From Convolutriloba macropyga (lineage: Eukaryota): a stretch of 64,000 bases of DNA. The stretch lies in assembly GCF_964194025.1 (NCBI RefSeq), contig NC_134470.1, forward strand, positions 60,574,001-60,638,000, given 5' to 3'. Position 1 is the first letter of the stretch. Each line of letters begins with the position of its first letter. Position numbers and translations under genes: made by a program. Of this stretch, positions 1-11,707 are shown piece after piece. The notes beneath the pieces are model-generated. The model was not told the DNA's origin and searched no databases. It saw only the letters and a program-made list of their open reading frames with translations.

Positions 1-3000
1 ATACATCCCCACATTAAAATTAACACCTTTGATGTAGTAAGGTATACAAAACCTACAGATGAACAAATAGACGAAAAGTGAGTTCACATTTTGGTTAATT
101 ATTAGAGAAAATAATGGGTCTTATGTCTTAGACATGTTGAATAGTGAACTTGAGACTAGAATGCAGGAGCAAGAAATGAATCAATCTGTTTGGAGTATTC
201 AAACGTTTATCAAAAAAAATTTGTATATACACCGGTTTTATCCTGCTGGAGGTTGTACTACAAAGTTACCATTCACATCTAGATATATACTTAATATACA
301 TAAGACTGACAATAAATGTTTACAATGGTGTTTCATTGCTTATATACATCCTGCTAAAGACCATACCAATAGAGTTAGTAATTATAATAAACCTGAATAT
401 CATAGTGAGATAAAATTGCCGAGGATACCACATCCCTACAGATATAATTATTTACAGTAAATACAAGAGTTAAACAAAGATCAAGTATTATTTGATGAAA
501 TTAATCTAAATAAAAAACTATTAAAAAACTATTAATCCCGTATTAATAAATCATAATGATCCTAAACGATGTAATACATTATAGTGGGATAATCATTATT
601 TCCTATGTAAAGATGTATTATTTTTATTAAGGTCGTCTAATCATAATTATTACCCATGTATAAAATGTTGTGTGTCATTTCGAACTGAAAAGGCATTAAA
701 TAAACATTTAGAATTGTGGGATAGTATTGGAAGAAGAACAGTTCATAATGATGGTTATCTAAAGTTTGATTATAAGAACAGAGTACCACTTGCTATGTAT
801 TATGATTTTGAATGTATAAAAAAACAGAAAACATCTTCCTATTGCTTCTGGGATATATATTAAAAGTGACTATCCTGATATTTTAGAAGATAATTATGAA
901 AATTACTGTGGTAAAGACATAGTTGATTGGTTTATAAGTCGGATGAGTTATTATAATAAACTATTTAAAGAGATATTTAGTAGAAATATTCCATTGAAAG
1001 AAGATAGTATTGCCTCGTTAAATAGTAGTTGTTATTATTGTAATGAGGAAATGGGAGAGGATATTGTTAGAGATCATGATCATCTAAATGGTAAATTGAG
1101 AGGATATGCTCACAATAAATGTAACCTTCAAGTTAAGAATAATTTTGTACCAAAATATGCATTTAATTGTACTAATTATGATAACCACCTATTTATAACT
1201 AAACTAGTAAAGAAGGTTAGACTTAGAGTATTGACTAAAACTGGCGATGTTTGTATTGATATGGGATATGCTAAAGCATTAGATATGTCTAGGTTCTTCC
1301 ACCTAGTTAGATTAGATGCTATAAGTAAAACATTGAGTGATAAAAATGGGTAACATTAAACGAATTTGAGTTAGAGAGACGAAAAAGTATATTTCAGTAT
1401 GAGTGGTTAGATAATATAGGTAAACCTAGTACTACAGAACTGCCTCCTAAAGAAGCATTCTATTCAAAGTTGAAAAAGAGTGGTATTACAGATAAAGAAT
1501 ATCAGCAGGCAATAGATTGTTGGAATAAGACTAGATGTAAGACAATTATAAATTATATGCTGTTATATCTTAAAACTGATATGTTTTTTTATCAGTTGAT
1601 CTATTTGAAAAGTTTAGAGATAAGTGTTTAGAATATTATGAAGTAGATCCTTGTTACACATATTCTACTCCTGGATTAACTTGATTTTTTGGGTTGAAAT
1701 ATACTAATGTTAGACTTAAATATCAGAAAGCAAATACTGTTAAAAGCTATGCTACAATACAACGTGGTATTAGAGGTGGTATAGCTTCAGTATTAGGCCA
1801 ATGTCATTTAAAATTTAAAAAAAAAAGAAATATATCCTGAGTATACAGGGAAAAAGAATTATTTAAAATTTTTAGACTTCAACTCATTTTATGCTTCTTC
1901 TATGACACAAGCTTTACCTACTGGTGAGATTAGTGTTTGTGATAATCCAGTATACACTAGATCTAGCTCTAACACAGGTTATATAAATATACCATTGATA
2001 TAAAGTGTAATGATGAGTTGAAATAGAAAACAAAGAAATATTCATTCTTTCCTGACAAGACTAAGAGTGTTATTGATCATTTTACAAATTATCAAAATGA
2101 AAATATAAAGAAAAGATATAAACCAAATGAGAAGTTGTTGATAAAGTAAACAGATAAGGAAGACTTTGTGATTGATGGAGAGATGTTAGATTGGTATTTG
2201 GATAATGGTTTAAGATTGGAAGATATTACAATAAAGCAAAATTTAGAGTAATGTAAAGATGAATTTTTAAAATTTCATATGGAGTTTAATATTCAGAAAA
2301 GAAAAGAAGCTAAAGCTAAGGGAGATAAATTTGTAGATGTATTCTTTAATTTAATGAATAATGCCTTTTATGGAAAAACATTAGAGAATAAATATAATAG
2401 ATAAGATGTAGAGTTAGTTTTTGATGTAGATAGATATATTAAATTAGTGAAAAATTTTAGTTTTAAATGTGCTGTATAGCTTGATGATGATCTGGTGGCT
2501 GTACGTAAAAGAAGAGGTAATGTTAAGTTAGATAAGTTTAAATAATTGGTTTTTTTTTATTAGAGAAAGCTAAACCGTTTATGTATAAAGCTATATATGA
2601 ATTTTTTGAGAGAGAGTTAGATTGTAGTTATTATTATACAGATACTGATAGGATATGTATAAATATTAATGTTCCTTTAGGTATTGATATAGAAACTGAA
2701 ATGAATAATATAAGCGGCATAATACATAAATCAGAGTTAGGTAAAATGAAAGATGAAATACCGAACGATACTATTATAGAAGCTTGTTTCCTTAAAGCTA
2801 AAGCATGTTGTTTTACTACAGTTAAAGGAGAAGCAGAAAAGAAGTTAAAAGCAATAACTAAGGCTACTATTAAAAACCAAATTAATGTCGAAGATTTTAA
2901 AAATGTTATATATGAAGGTAAAACTAAGTATGTAACTAATTATAGTATTGATAGTAATAGGCATCATTTAGAAACTAAGGAACAGTATAAGATAGCTATA

Positions 3001-3060
3001 GATCCATTTGATGATAAAGGTATTAGAGACAGTAATAGTGAATTTTGGGTTTTATCAATG
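1..3060 (+). pseudogene. Decayed protein-primed family B DNA polymerase (Polinton/Maverick/adintovirus-type pPolB)
   Basis: Collinear motifs across frameshifted/stop-broken ORFs: NIHKTDNKCLQWC (vOTU-like, ~290-330), C2H2-like CIKC..H (~655-710), ExoI YYDFEC (~800), RDHDHLNGKLRGYAHNKCNL (EndoVII/HNH-like, ~1070-1130), ExoII NCTNYDNHL, Pol motif A LDFNSFYASSM (~1872-1905), motif B LMNNAFYGKT (~2350-2380), motif C YYYTDTD (~2630), LGKMKDE. The 5' end runs off the window. Confidence 0.9.
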
Positions 3061-3841
3061 AGGTTGCTTCGCAGATTATTAAATTATTTTTTCTGAATCA
3101 AGTAAAAATAACAAGAAAAAAATAAATTAGAGTAAATATCAGTCAAAATATGGTAAATATGATAAATGGGAAAATGAGTATTTTGTATATGGTTGGGTCC
3201 GCTCACCAGCACGGATAAGCCCGTATACACATTACTACTTGGAGTTATGTACGGGAGAGAGCTGGTGAAATTGCTGTTTGTTTTTGTGATAGGATACACA
3301 GCTTGCTGATCATGGTCATTCAAAACATGACAGGCTTTTGCAAATTTGAAACGACTTAACTGGAAGAGTTATTGCATACTTTAGCCAACTTGAGACGGAA
3401 GATTTTTACGTGCTCATTATCAGGCCAATGTCCGAAAAGACAAATTTCAATAAATTTTGAGTTCTGTAGAAACAAAATCAATTTGAGCATAAAATTAGAT
3501 TAAAACTTCATTGCCCAAATTTTACTAGTAGATACTTGAAACCAAATTCAAAAGCTTAATTGCTCTTGTGTACAGTGATATGGGTAATAATTAATGTTTA
3601 GTTAGGCTTTCTTTAATTTCTGTAAAATTATTCTGTATCCGTGGGAAAAGAGTAGTTTTTCGCAAATTTGAAATAAAATAGTCTAGTCAAACTCGTTTCC
3701 ACACACGCTTACAATTCTAATCCTAAAATATGGCTCTTGAAAAATCCCGACAAAATCAATGAGTATGTATTTACTCGATTTTTTGGACATTGGCCACGTA
3801 ATGATTTTGATCTACTAATCATGTTCAATTTTTTTGAACAG

Positions 3842-4135
3842 GAGGCAATGAAACACGAATGGATTCAGGGTAAGGCAGCCAAGGTGCACCTCACTCTGGT
3901 CAAAGACAATCTTGAGAAAACTCAGGCCTTCAAAAAGTGGAAGAAGGTGTTGAACACGGTAAGGGCATTCCCCCCAGCTACTACAACCAGTCCTGTCCAG
4001 GGTCAACAATCCTCATCAGCCAGAGAACCCAGCAGCAACAACAACAGCAGGTCCAATGATACTCCTCCTGTCAACAATAACCAGAATAATAATAACAACA
4101 ACAATGCTGAAAACAGTGCCAACAAGAACAAATAA
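3842..4135 (+). CDS. Probable terminal coding exon of a CaMKI/CaMKIV-like Ca2+/calmodulin-dependent kinase (kinase C-terminal end, autoinhibitory/CaM-binding helix, Asn-rich tail)
   Basis: Branch-like CTACTAAT (~3812) and T-rich acceptor ending AG at 3840-3841. The phase-0 exon reads EAMKHEWIQGKAAKVHLTLVKDNLEKTQAFKKWKKVLNTVRAF, resembling CaMKIV QALQHPWVTGKAA..H..LQEFNARRKLK and CaMKI ..KSKWKQAFN. Stop at 4133-4135. No upstream exons found in the window. Confidence 0.65.
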   Translation, partial: EAMKHEWIQGKAAKVHLTLVKDNLEKTQAFKKWKKVLNTVRAFPPATTTSPVQGQQSSSAREPSSNNNSRSNDTPPVNNNQNNNNNNNAENSANKNK

Positions 4136-4399
4136 AAACAACCAAACATCAGTCGAAACAAAAATACTTGATAGTAGGCTCAGTCGAACGCTTAATTTGT
4201 TTCGTAGGACTCTAGCAAATGCGAAGTCTTCCCAGTTTTCAGTGTTGTTCGCAATTTCACCGTTAATGAAAAATTTTATCAAACAATGTTTGATGTATCA
4301 CTTTTTCGCCTAATCAAAATCCATCATAAAAGTAAAGCCGAAAACAGCAATGGATATAATCGCATCTTTGAGATTTTGATAGGGCTTGGAAATGTTAAA

Positions 4400-4860
4400 C
4401 CCGGGTCGAGGTTTGGCGGTGAATTTTCGTAAGAAATGCGGTGAAATGCGGTGAAGAAAAATAATTTTCACTGCGTATTTCTTACATCTTTTTGCGGTGA
4501 ATGCGGTGAATCGCGGTGAATTATTTATTTTCACCGCGTTCTCAGTATTCTTACAAAAAAGAATCGTCCCCACACGGGTTCGAACCTCTGACCTCCTGCA
4601 TTCCTTCCAATGCTTAGTCCAGTGCGCCAACTTTCACTCACGTCTCCGAAATTTCTCGTGAGTTTAAATCAGAGTAACCTTTGGAAATCATATGCGGTGA
4701 ATTTTTGTAAGAAATGCGGTGAATTTCGCGGTGAATTTTTGTAAGAAATGCGGTGAAATGTGGTGAATTATTTTTTTCACCGCATTCACCGCTTTCACCG
4801 CATTTCTTACAAAAATTCACCGCATTTCTTACAAAAATTACCCGAAAACCTCGACCCGGG
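4400..4860. mobile_element. Non-autonomous DNA transposon (MITE family A, CACTA/CMC-like), copy 1
   Basis: TIR CCCGGGTCGAGGTTT...AAACCTCGACCCGGG, many GCGGTGAA/TTCACCGC subterminal repeats in both orientations, AA/AA 2-bp flanks. Second copy at 49360-50007. Confidence 0.85.
4555..4635 (-). promoter_or_regulatory. tRNA-derived Pol III cassette (A box, B box, T-run) inside MITE A copy 1
   Basis: Minus strand: TGGCGCACTGG (4629-4619), GGTTCGAACCC (4586-4576), then TTTTTT (4560-4555). Confidence 0.6.
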
Positions 4861-5471
4861 AAGTATTAAATAGTTGATTATTTTTCAACTCCGAGCATCT
4901 GATTTTTTGTTTTTAGTCCCATTGATTGTTATACTTCATAAGAAACATACTAAAACAAGGTATATTTTTCCTAAAATCGCGCCATGTTATATAGTAGGAA
5001 AAAATAAATGGCAATAGGTTCTTTTATGTTTTTTTTTATCTTGCTTTTATCAAATCGACATAATTGTTTTCTTTAATAGCATTCAACGTAACGTAATAAA
5101 AAAAAACTTGCTTTCAATTCATCAGGTTTAATAAGTTGGTCTTACTAAAATAAGTTTGAAATTAAGCTGAAGAAAAAAATTTAGCATTTTATTCTAAGAG
5201 TTGAATTCATTTTTTGGCTCTCCGAATTGGCTGCTGTGCTTAAGTTCACTTGTCTAAAGAAGATTTCCATAGTTGAAATAGGGCAGGCCTTCTTCCGAAC
5301 CAAATCTGTGAATTGCCATAATTTGATTAAAAATTTGGCATGTTTTTGCTGGGGAAACAGATGTATAAAACCTACATCAATAGTCTTGCCTTTTGTTGCA
5401 TTACACTTCTAGTACTCAATTGGCTATAACCTTCAAACAATTTTTCATGAATGTGTAATGAAATTGACTCT

Positions 5472-6814
5472 TGAAGAACTTGAAAAACATGGGTGGGGAG
5501 ATTCCCTAATCAAATCCCAACAATTTGTAGATACTTGAATATTAAAAAAAGAGAGAACTAGAGGAGTGGTAACTTGGCAAGCCTATTATCCTATATAACA
5601 GAGAGGGTTATACCAGGCCATTCTGTTACTCCTAAGATCCAGATTGGAGGCAGCAGTTTTTTTTAAAACAGTAATGGTAAAGTTGGATTCAGAGTTCTCT
5701 AGCCTCAACTATGAGCTAAGTGTATGGAAAAAAGGAAATAATTATAAAATAGGTGGTACTATGATCAAGAAGTATACCAAGTTCTCAATGCAATAAAATT
5801 ATATTGCGAGATCAATCGGTGGCCCAAACGACTACTAAAACTGAAGCTGAAGCTATGTTCGTCGTAGTTCACTCCACAACCCAACCAGACGAGTATCAAC
5901 CACTTGAAAAAGGAACAAAAGATCTATTGCCCGTCAGGTGCTTCAGGGTTTTTAAAGACAGTGTTACGTGTTTACTTGGTTCACCTATCCATACCACATG
6001 GGTTAGTCTTACTCGCCAAATCTTTCACGAGCAGGCAACCCTGTCCTCAGAGTGGCTTCAATTATTCAGTCTCCAAAGGAGCCCGCCGATTGATACTCTT
6101 GAAAACTGTCGTCTTGAAGGTGTTTGCAGTCCCTCTCTTGATGTCCAAGTCCCGGGAGATCCTAACTTAACCTAATAGTCATTGATCTCTGTAAAAACAC
6201 CTATGTTCCTAACTAGCTACACCGAGTCTATCGAATAAACCTGAGAAGTTAGATAATTCGAACTAAAGAAAGACTATTACCGCTGAGAATAACAAAGGTT
6301 GTATAAAAAGCAAGTAAATTTAGAATCAAGAAATTGGTTTAAGAAAAAGACTCAAAACTTAGCCGTATTCTGGCTTATCTTTTCACATCGTGAGATAATT
6401 GAGTCCTACGGGCTTAATTTAGCCTAAACATTTGAGAAAATACCTTTTAAGGGCCAAAAATGTGGCCTGATTTCTAGGGGTTTTTTTTATATCTGTACGT
6501 ATTATGTAAGGTCTGAAAAATGCGTTCCCGGTCATTTGTTGATGCCTAAGTCTTCGAATAATAATTTTAGTACACTTTCAAGGTGTTTCGTTTACTAAGA
6601 TTATCAGGTCCTAATATCTTTGTTTTGAATTTGGTACTAACTTAGTTTGAGAGAATCAAACCATAACTCAAATCTTGATATGTACAAACAACTCTATATA
6701 TCTCTTTGGTCTATTTTCGGTTTCGGTTTATACAGTTCATTGGGATAATTTAAAGTTTAGTTCAAATTCTTTTAACTTTCCTTGTCCTTTAGTTCCTAAT
6801 TTTCAATTTCTACA
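5472..6814 (-). repeat. 3' LTR of the Gypsy element (~1343 bp)
   Basis: On + it begins TGAAGAACTTGAAAA and ends TTTTCAATTTCTACA (TG...CA, short inverted termini). Aligns with 17967-19492 apart from a ~180 bp segment it lacks. Confidence 0.85.
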
Positions 6815-6826
6815 CTTCCCCCTTGG
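6815..6826 (-). promoter_or_regulatory. Polypurine tract of the Gypsy element
   Basis: CTTCCCCCTTGG on + (CCAAGGGGGAAG on -) directly abutting the LTR. Confidence 0.75.
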
Positions 6827-6959
6827 ACTCAACTATTCTCCTTAACAGCTTTAGTTCTTCACAAGTCTTCAGCGCTAATTAAGCAAATGGGTTATGTGAA
6901 GAATACAAGGATACAAGGGTAAAAGAGATTACAAGGAAGGTACAATTCTCATTAAAATG

Positions 6960-9004
6960 CTGAAGACTCTAATTTGTTTTGCTCTCTGACTCTACAAAGT
7001 AACTCTGAGTGCTGTGTTGGTTGGTCGTCCTCTGTTTTGTCATATATTTTGCTCATGTGAGGTCGTGCCTTCGCTTTGAAGCAAAATTTTTCCATTTCCA
7101 GAGTAAATTGTTGAGATAAAAGTGATAGCCCATAAAAACATTCCTAAGAAGCCTACCACATTATTAGCAGTTCCTCCAACTGTGTTTTGTCTTGGTCGCT
7201 CTTGGCTGCTCCGATCAAAATCTTCTACCAAATTTTTGATCTTTGCGGTGTCTGTTCCAAATGGTGGTTTGATTGTAGTTCGACTTTGACTTGTTCCATT
7301 ACTTTTCTTTGGTAGACCATTGTGGTACTTAAGGAACTCAGGTCGTGGTTTTCTGGTATCGACGACGTGAACGCCTCCTCAATTAGAGGGTTGAGCCCTG
7401 CAGTCATAACCAGCCCGGCTTCGTTCTGATTATTGTCTGTTGAAGGGCGGAGAACCAATTCTACATTAGGTATTTCAGTTGTCGCGTTACAAGGAGGTTG
7501 TATGATGCACCTTCGGCTTCCTCTCAGTCTACGGCTCTTTAGGGTGTTATCTGAGATTTCAGTGATTCAATATTTTGTGGTTGCTGACAAAATAAAATAT
7601 TTTGAAAGCGCTGAATAGGTTGAAGTTGGCAAACTTCGCAGGTGTATGATATCAAACTTTAAGGTCTGTAAGACAGCTGCTTTGTGACCAAAAAATAGAC
7701 TGACCAGACAACCAGCTTGTTGGTTTTTAGTCATTGAGAAGGGTTGTTCAAAGAGTTTTAGTCGTTTTGAACCCTGACAAGAGAGAATCTGTGCTTCATC
7801 AACTTCAGCAAAGTTAATCGTAGCTTCGTAGCTTTAGGTACAAGCACTAACGCCGTAGTTGAATTTGCATTAGGTTGCGGAAGGAACACTCCTTTAAAGA
7901 CTTTGTGGATAGAATTTGACTTAACATCGGGATTTAGATTTTTAAGAGGAGCCCCTTGTCCCCAATAAAAACTTTTCCAAGTAGCTCAAGTTCATAGTAG
8001 AGACTAACATACTGGAGTGGTATTGGCATCGTTTGTGATGGAATCGGAGAGGTTGTAGAATTCGTTGCAATTTGTCTGGTTCAATGAGTTTTGATGGCAT
8101 TCTCCCGTTTGACATCTCCTGGAAAGCCTCCCGAAATTTGTTATTGAATTTCTTGAGTTCATACTTAAAAGATTGCACTTCCAAAAGGTGAGACACTAAC
8201 GCGAAGGAGACGTTATTGATCACGCTTTGCGCTTTGAGGAAAAAGGTGATTACTTCGCTCCTCTTGTGATTGCAGACTTGGGCCTGCTGTACTTGTTCCA
8301 TATCGTATTCCAGGTTGTTAATGGCTTCCATTACGGTTCCGAAGTTCCCAGCTGTATAGTTCAAGATAGTTTTCATTTGTTCCTGTTGTTTTAGGTTTTC
8401 GTTGCCCAGGATGTGTATTGTGTCATCGGTGTGGCTCGATAAATGATTTAGCTTGTAGTTCATGTGGTTCAAGTGAGTTGCAATACGTCGCATTTTTTTC
8501 GTCTGAGCCCTGACAAAGATGAAAATGGAGAGCATTTTGCAAGCTGCTTTTTCCAATTTGGGCTCCAAAACAAAAGCGGCAGCAGCTCCAGCTGGAAGCA
8601 ACGTTATTGAGCTTCTTTTACTGTTCAAAAGCTTGGTAGAATTTGCAAAAATCTTCTCATCTCGAAGCAGCTGAGTCCTTTTGCTTCGATCTCGGAAGTA
8701 TCTTTTTGTAGCGATGTAATGAGTGTGTTCTGACTGTTTTCCAGGATGCTGTTTACTTTTGGTTCTTGCATTTTTCCCACTGCGTCTCTCTTCACACGCG
8801 AACTTCCATCTCTTTGAGGATTTTCGAAAAATGTTAAAATGCGCCGCAGTCAATGTCCAAGAGTTTAGGAAAAGGCACCGCAATTTCTATCAGTTCAATC
8901 GAATCAACTAGAGCGATTGGAGTCTGTTGGACAAACGCAATGTTTGCTCGAATTGTTACTTCTGCTAGAGTAATCCGGATAACAAGAAAAAGATAGCACT
9001 TCAT
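6960..9004 (-). pseudogene. env: env-like class I (F-type) fusion glycoprotein of the Gypsy element
   Basis: ATG at 9004 followed by a hydrophobic signal-like stretch (MKCYLFLL). ORF 7942-8883 contains basic site SKR|S, hydrophobic ITLLPAGAAAAFVL, long heptad-like helices and SNGRMPSKLIEPDKLQRIL. Cys-containing segment at ~7650-7900, TM-like VVGFLGMFLWAITFISTI at ~7105-7160. Lies between integrase and PPT. Confidence 0.75.
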
Positions 9005-9760
9005 AAAAATTTTGCCAAAGTTAGAGTAAATTGCACTTTTGGTGACAATTTTTTCATACTTTCATAACTAAGGTTTCAGTTTTTTTAAGAAAAAAAAACC
9101 CGTGCAATTATTATTTAGAACTAGGTTGTGTATTCAAATTGGTTCCAACGCCCGAACATTTTTTTTGTGCATTGCTTTTTTGCTTTGCTCTAAATTTCTT
9201 TTTTTTGTCTGGAAACCCTAATCGATCTGAAAAAATTCAAGTGAGTGTCACACATAGTCTGGGTTCTGTTTCGACGAGTGTTGCTATTCTTAAGAGCTAT
9301 TTAAAGTCATAATCAAGACTTTTCCAAAGTTTTGATCGCTTTTTTTGTGTGTTTAGCGATTGGCCTTGGAAGAAGAAAATTTTATTAGTCCATAGTAATT
9401 CTCTCTATCACAATACATTGATAAAAAATTAATTTGGTAACGTTTCAAAGTTTTGTGTCGAGTTTGTTCAGTAGGTTCTTCAAGTGCTCTATGATTTTTG
9501 TTCTCATTCGTCATTGATTCCGTATCTTTTGGGGAATGGCTTAGCCCACTTGGGTCGTCCCTCCGTGTTAGAGAGTAGGCTTGGGCTCGGTGTTTCAAAA
9601 TTGAGTGTCATTGGTGTCCGTTTCAACCCTTTCGCTTTATGAGGTCTATGGATGCCCTTGAACTCTGTATTGAAAGTCTTATTTGGAGTAGCGCTTTGTT
9701 GATCCGGTGGGTCTGTTTGCTGGGCACTAGGGGGAGAGGGTGCCAGGTTGGCTTGTCATG

Positions 9761-9802
<42 letters not shown>
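9761..9802. repeat. (CT)n/(GA)n microsatellite within the integrase C-terminal region
   Basis: About 20 CT units, read as RERERE on the minus strand. Confidence 0.95.
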
Positions 9803-9807
<5 letters not shown>

Positions 9808-10680
9808 GTCAGTTCAGTTGCCTGTACTTCCTCGACGTCCTGCATCTGGCAGTTTGCCTCTCGTCTGATCGCAGAAGTTTTTGCTTGTTCCTCATGAACT
9901 CTTCTTGGTGACTTAGGTAGGAGTAAATCGATTGGAAATTTGCACTTTTGTCCGTAAACTAAAGAGAAGAGATGTGCCGTGTTGTTCTGTGCACTGTTGT
10001 GTTGTAAACGAAGCTCAGAAATGGAAGCATCTCGTCCCAAGTGTTTGGATTTCCCGCACAGTATTTCTAAATTACATCAGCAATGACTCGGTTGTGTCGC
10101 TCAACCATGTCATTGCCTTGAGGGTGGTAAGGCGAGGTCTTTGTTTCATCCATTCCGAACAGCTTGCAAGAGTTCCAAGATAAGTTCACTGCAAAAGTTT
10201 GAGTTTGGTCAGGGTGAATAGAACCTAGGGCACCAAACAGAAGAACCCAAATTTCCACGATTGCTCTTGCCACGGCCTCGGCAGTTGTGTTTTGCAATGT
10301 TGTGCTGACTACAAATTTGGCGAAGTAGTTCGTGAGTACGAAAATATAACTGTACACTAATTTTTTTTAAATACTGGCCCCAGGATGTATGCAGCCGTTT
10401 TGTTGAAACGGACTCCTACGTTGATTGTTTACAAGGGTGCTTTCCGTTTATTCCCAACTGTAGATTGCGACTGACACGTCAAACAGTTTTCACATTTCCT
10501 CTCGATGTCTTTTCTTATATTTGGCCACCAGAAACGTTGCCTAGCTCTGTCGAATGTCTTCTGAAAAGCGAATTGTCCCCCACTTATCTTAGAGTCGTGT
10601 AGTTTTTCTAGAACTTTTTCCCGTAGACTTGTGGGAGCCACGAACTGTCTGACATTAGAGTTTGTACCCTCAATAAACCA
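9803..10680 (-). pseudogene. Gypsy integrase (zinc-binding domain and DDE core)
   Basis: LHD..GGQF..KT..RARQRFWWPNIRKDIERKCENCLTCQ; YIFVLTNYFAKF; IHPDQ; TSPYHPQGNDMVERHNR; NTAHLFSLVYG. Confidence 0.9.
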
Positions 10681-11707
10681 CTTTTGTTAGAGAACTCCCT
10701 CTGCAATTTCTAGTTGTTCCCATACACACCAGATAGCCAGCGCATCCTCTCCGGCTGCAATAGCTGCCTTTTCTTTCACGTTAAGTTTGCCAAGGGACGT
10801 TTGCGTGCCGTTTTTGTCAGCATTGGCCCATTGAAAAACGAGTGTAATTGCTAGGTCTTGCGCCTGATGTTCTTTAGCCGCTTCTCTGCCCTCCTCTAGA
10901 ATAATTTCCATTGATGTCTCGTCGATGTTGAGAAGGTTTGTTTCATGTTTGCACGATTGGTCCGGATTTGTGGTCATTGGAACTCTTCCAAAATTGCTAT
11001 GGCTGCAGTAGTTGCTTCCATCGTCAGTTTCAGGAACTCCTATCTCGGTTTCGTTGAAATGGACAGTTTCTGTGGTCATCTGGGTCCCACCAAACTCGGT
11101 TTGGCCGGAGTAATCATTCTCCTCGTCGGTCTACCAGTCCGATCCAGTTTTCATCTGGATGCCCGTTCCTCCTTCACAGCATCATAGAGCTTCCGGAAGC
11201 TCAGAATGTAGAGAATTTCATATTCGTCGTCATTGTCGCTGTCCTGCTGCTGAGTTTTATATTGCTGGGGTAATTCGGAGTATCACTCTGTCTTCTGAGG
11301 TCCAAAATCTGAATCCTTATCCGTTTCAACCCATTCTGTAGTCTCATCTTCGAACTCATGTCTGGTGAACGTTAGAGTTTTTTGCCATTTGAGTTTCGGG
11401 GGTCAGTGCGTGGGTTAGGAACAAGGTGGCCGAGTGGTTAAGGCTTTGGATTGCTATTCCAATACGGTTCCGTGCGTGAGTAATTTTTACATCTGTTGAT
11501 GAACCTGGGTGGGGTTCTGGTGAAGTCACCATTTGGATATGCCCGAGTGCGTCACTTAAATTGTCAGCTGGTTGGTTGTCGCCAAACATCTCTTTCTTTT
11601 CCTCTTCAGTCAATTCGGGAGCCTGGCTACACTCTCGTGAAAGTTCATCTGCGTTTCCATTTTTCCCACCAGGACAATGAACCACCTGGAAGTCAAACTC
11701 TTGAAGC

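Noticed and set aside
4555-4635. Functional tRNA gene
   Set aside because: A and B boxes are present but I cannot form a proper acceptor stem or anticodon arm. Treated as a tRNA-derived cassette.
4310-4820. ORFs overlapping MITE A (also 49279-49935)
   Set aside because: They are translations of the GCGGTGAA repeats, with no transposase motifs.
5904-6170. 88-aa antisense ORF in the Gypsy LTR with a collinear counterpart at ~18403-18668
   Set aside because: The other LTR has an in-frame TAG and many differences are amino-acid changing. Shared LTR ancestry explains the similarity.
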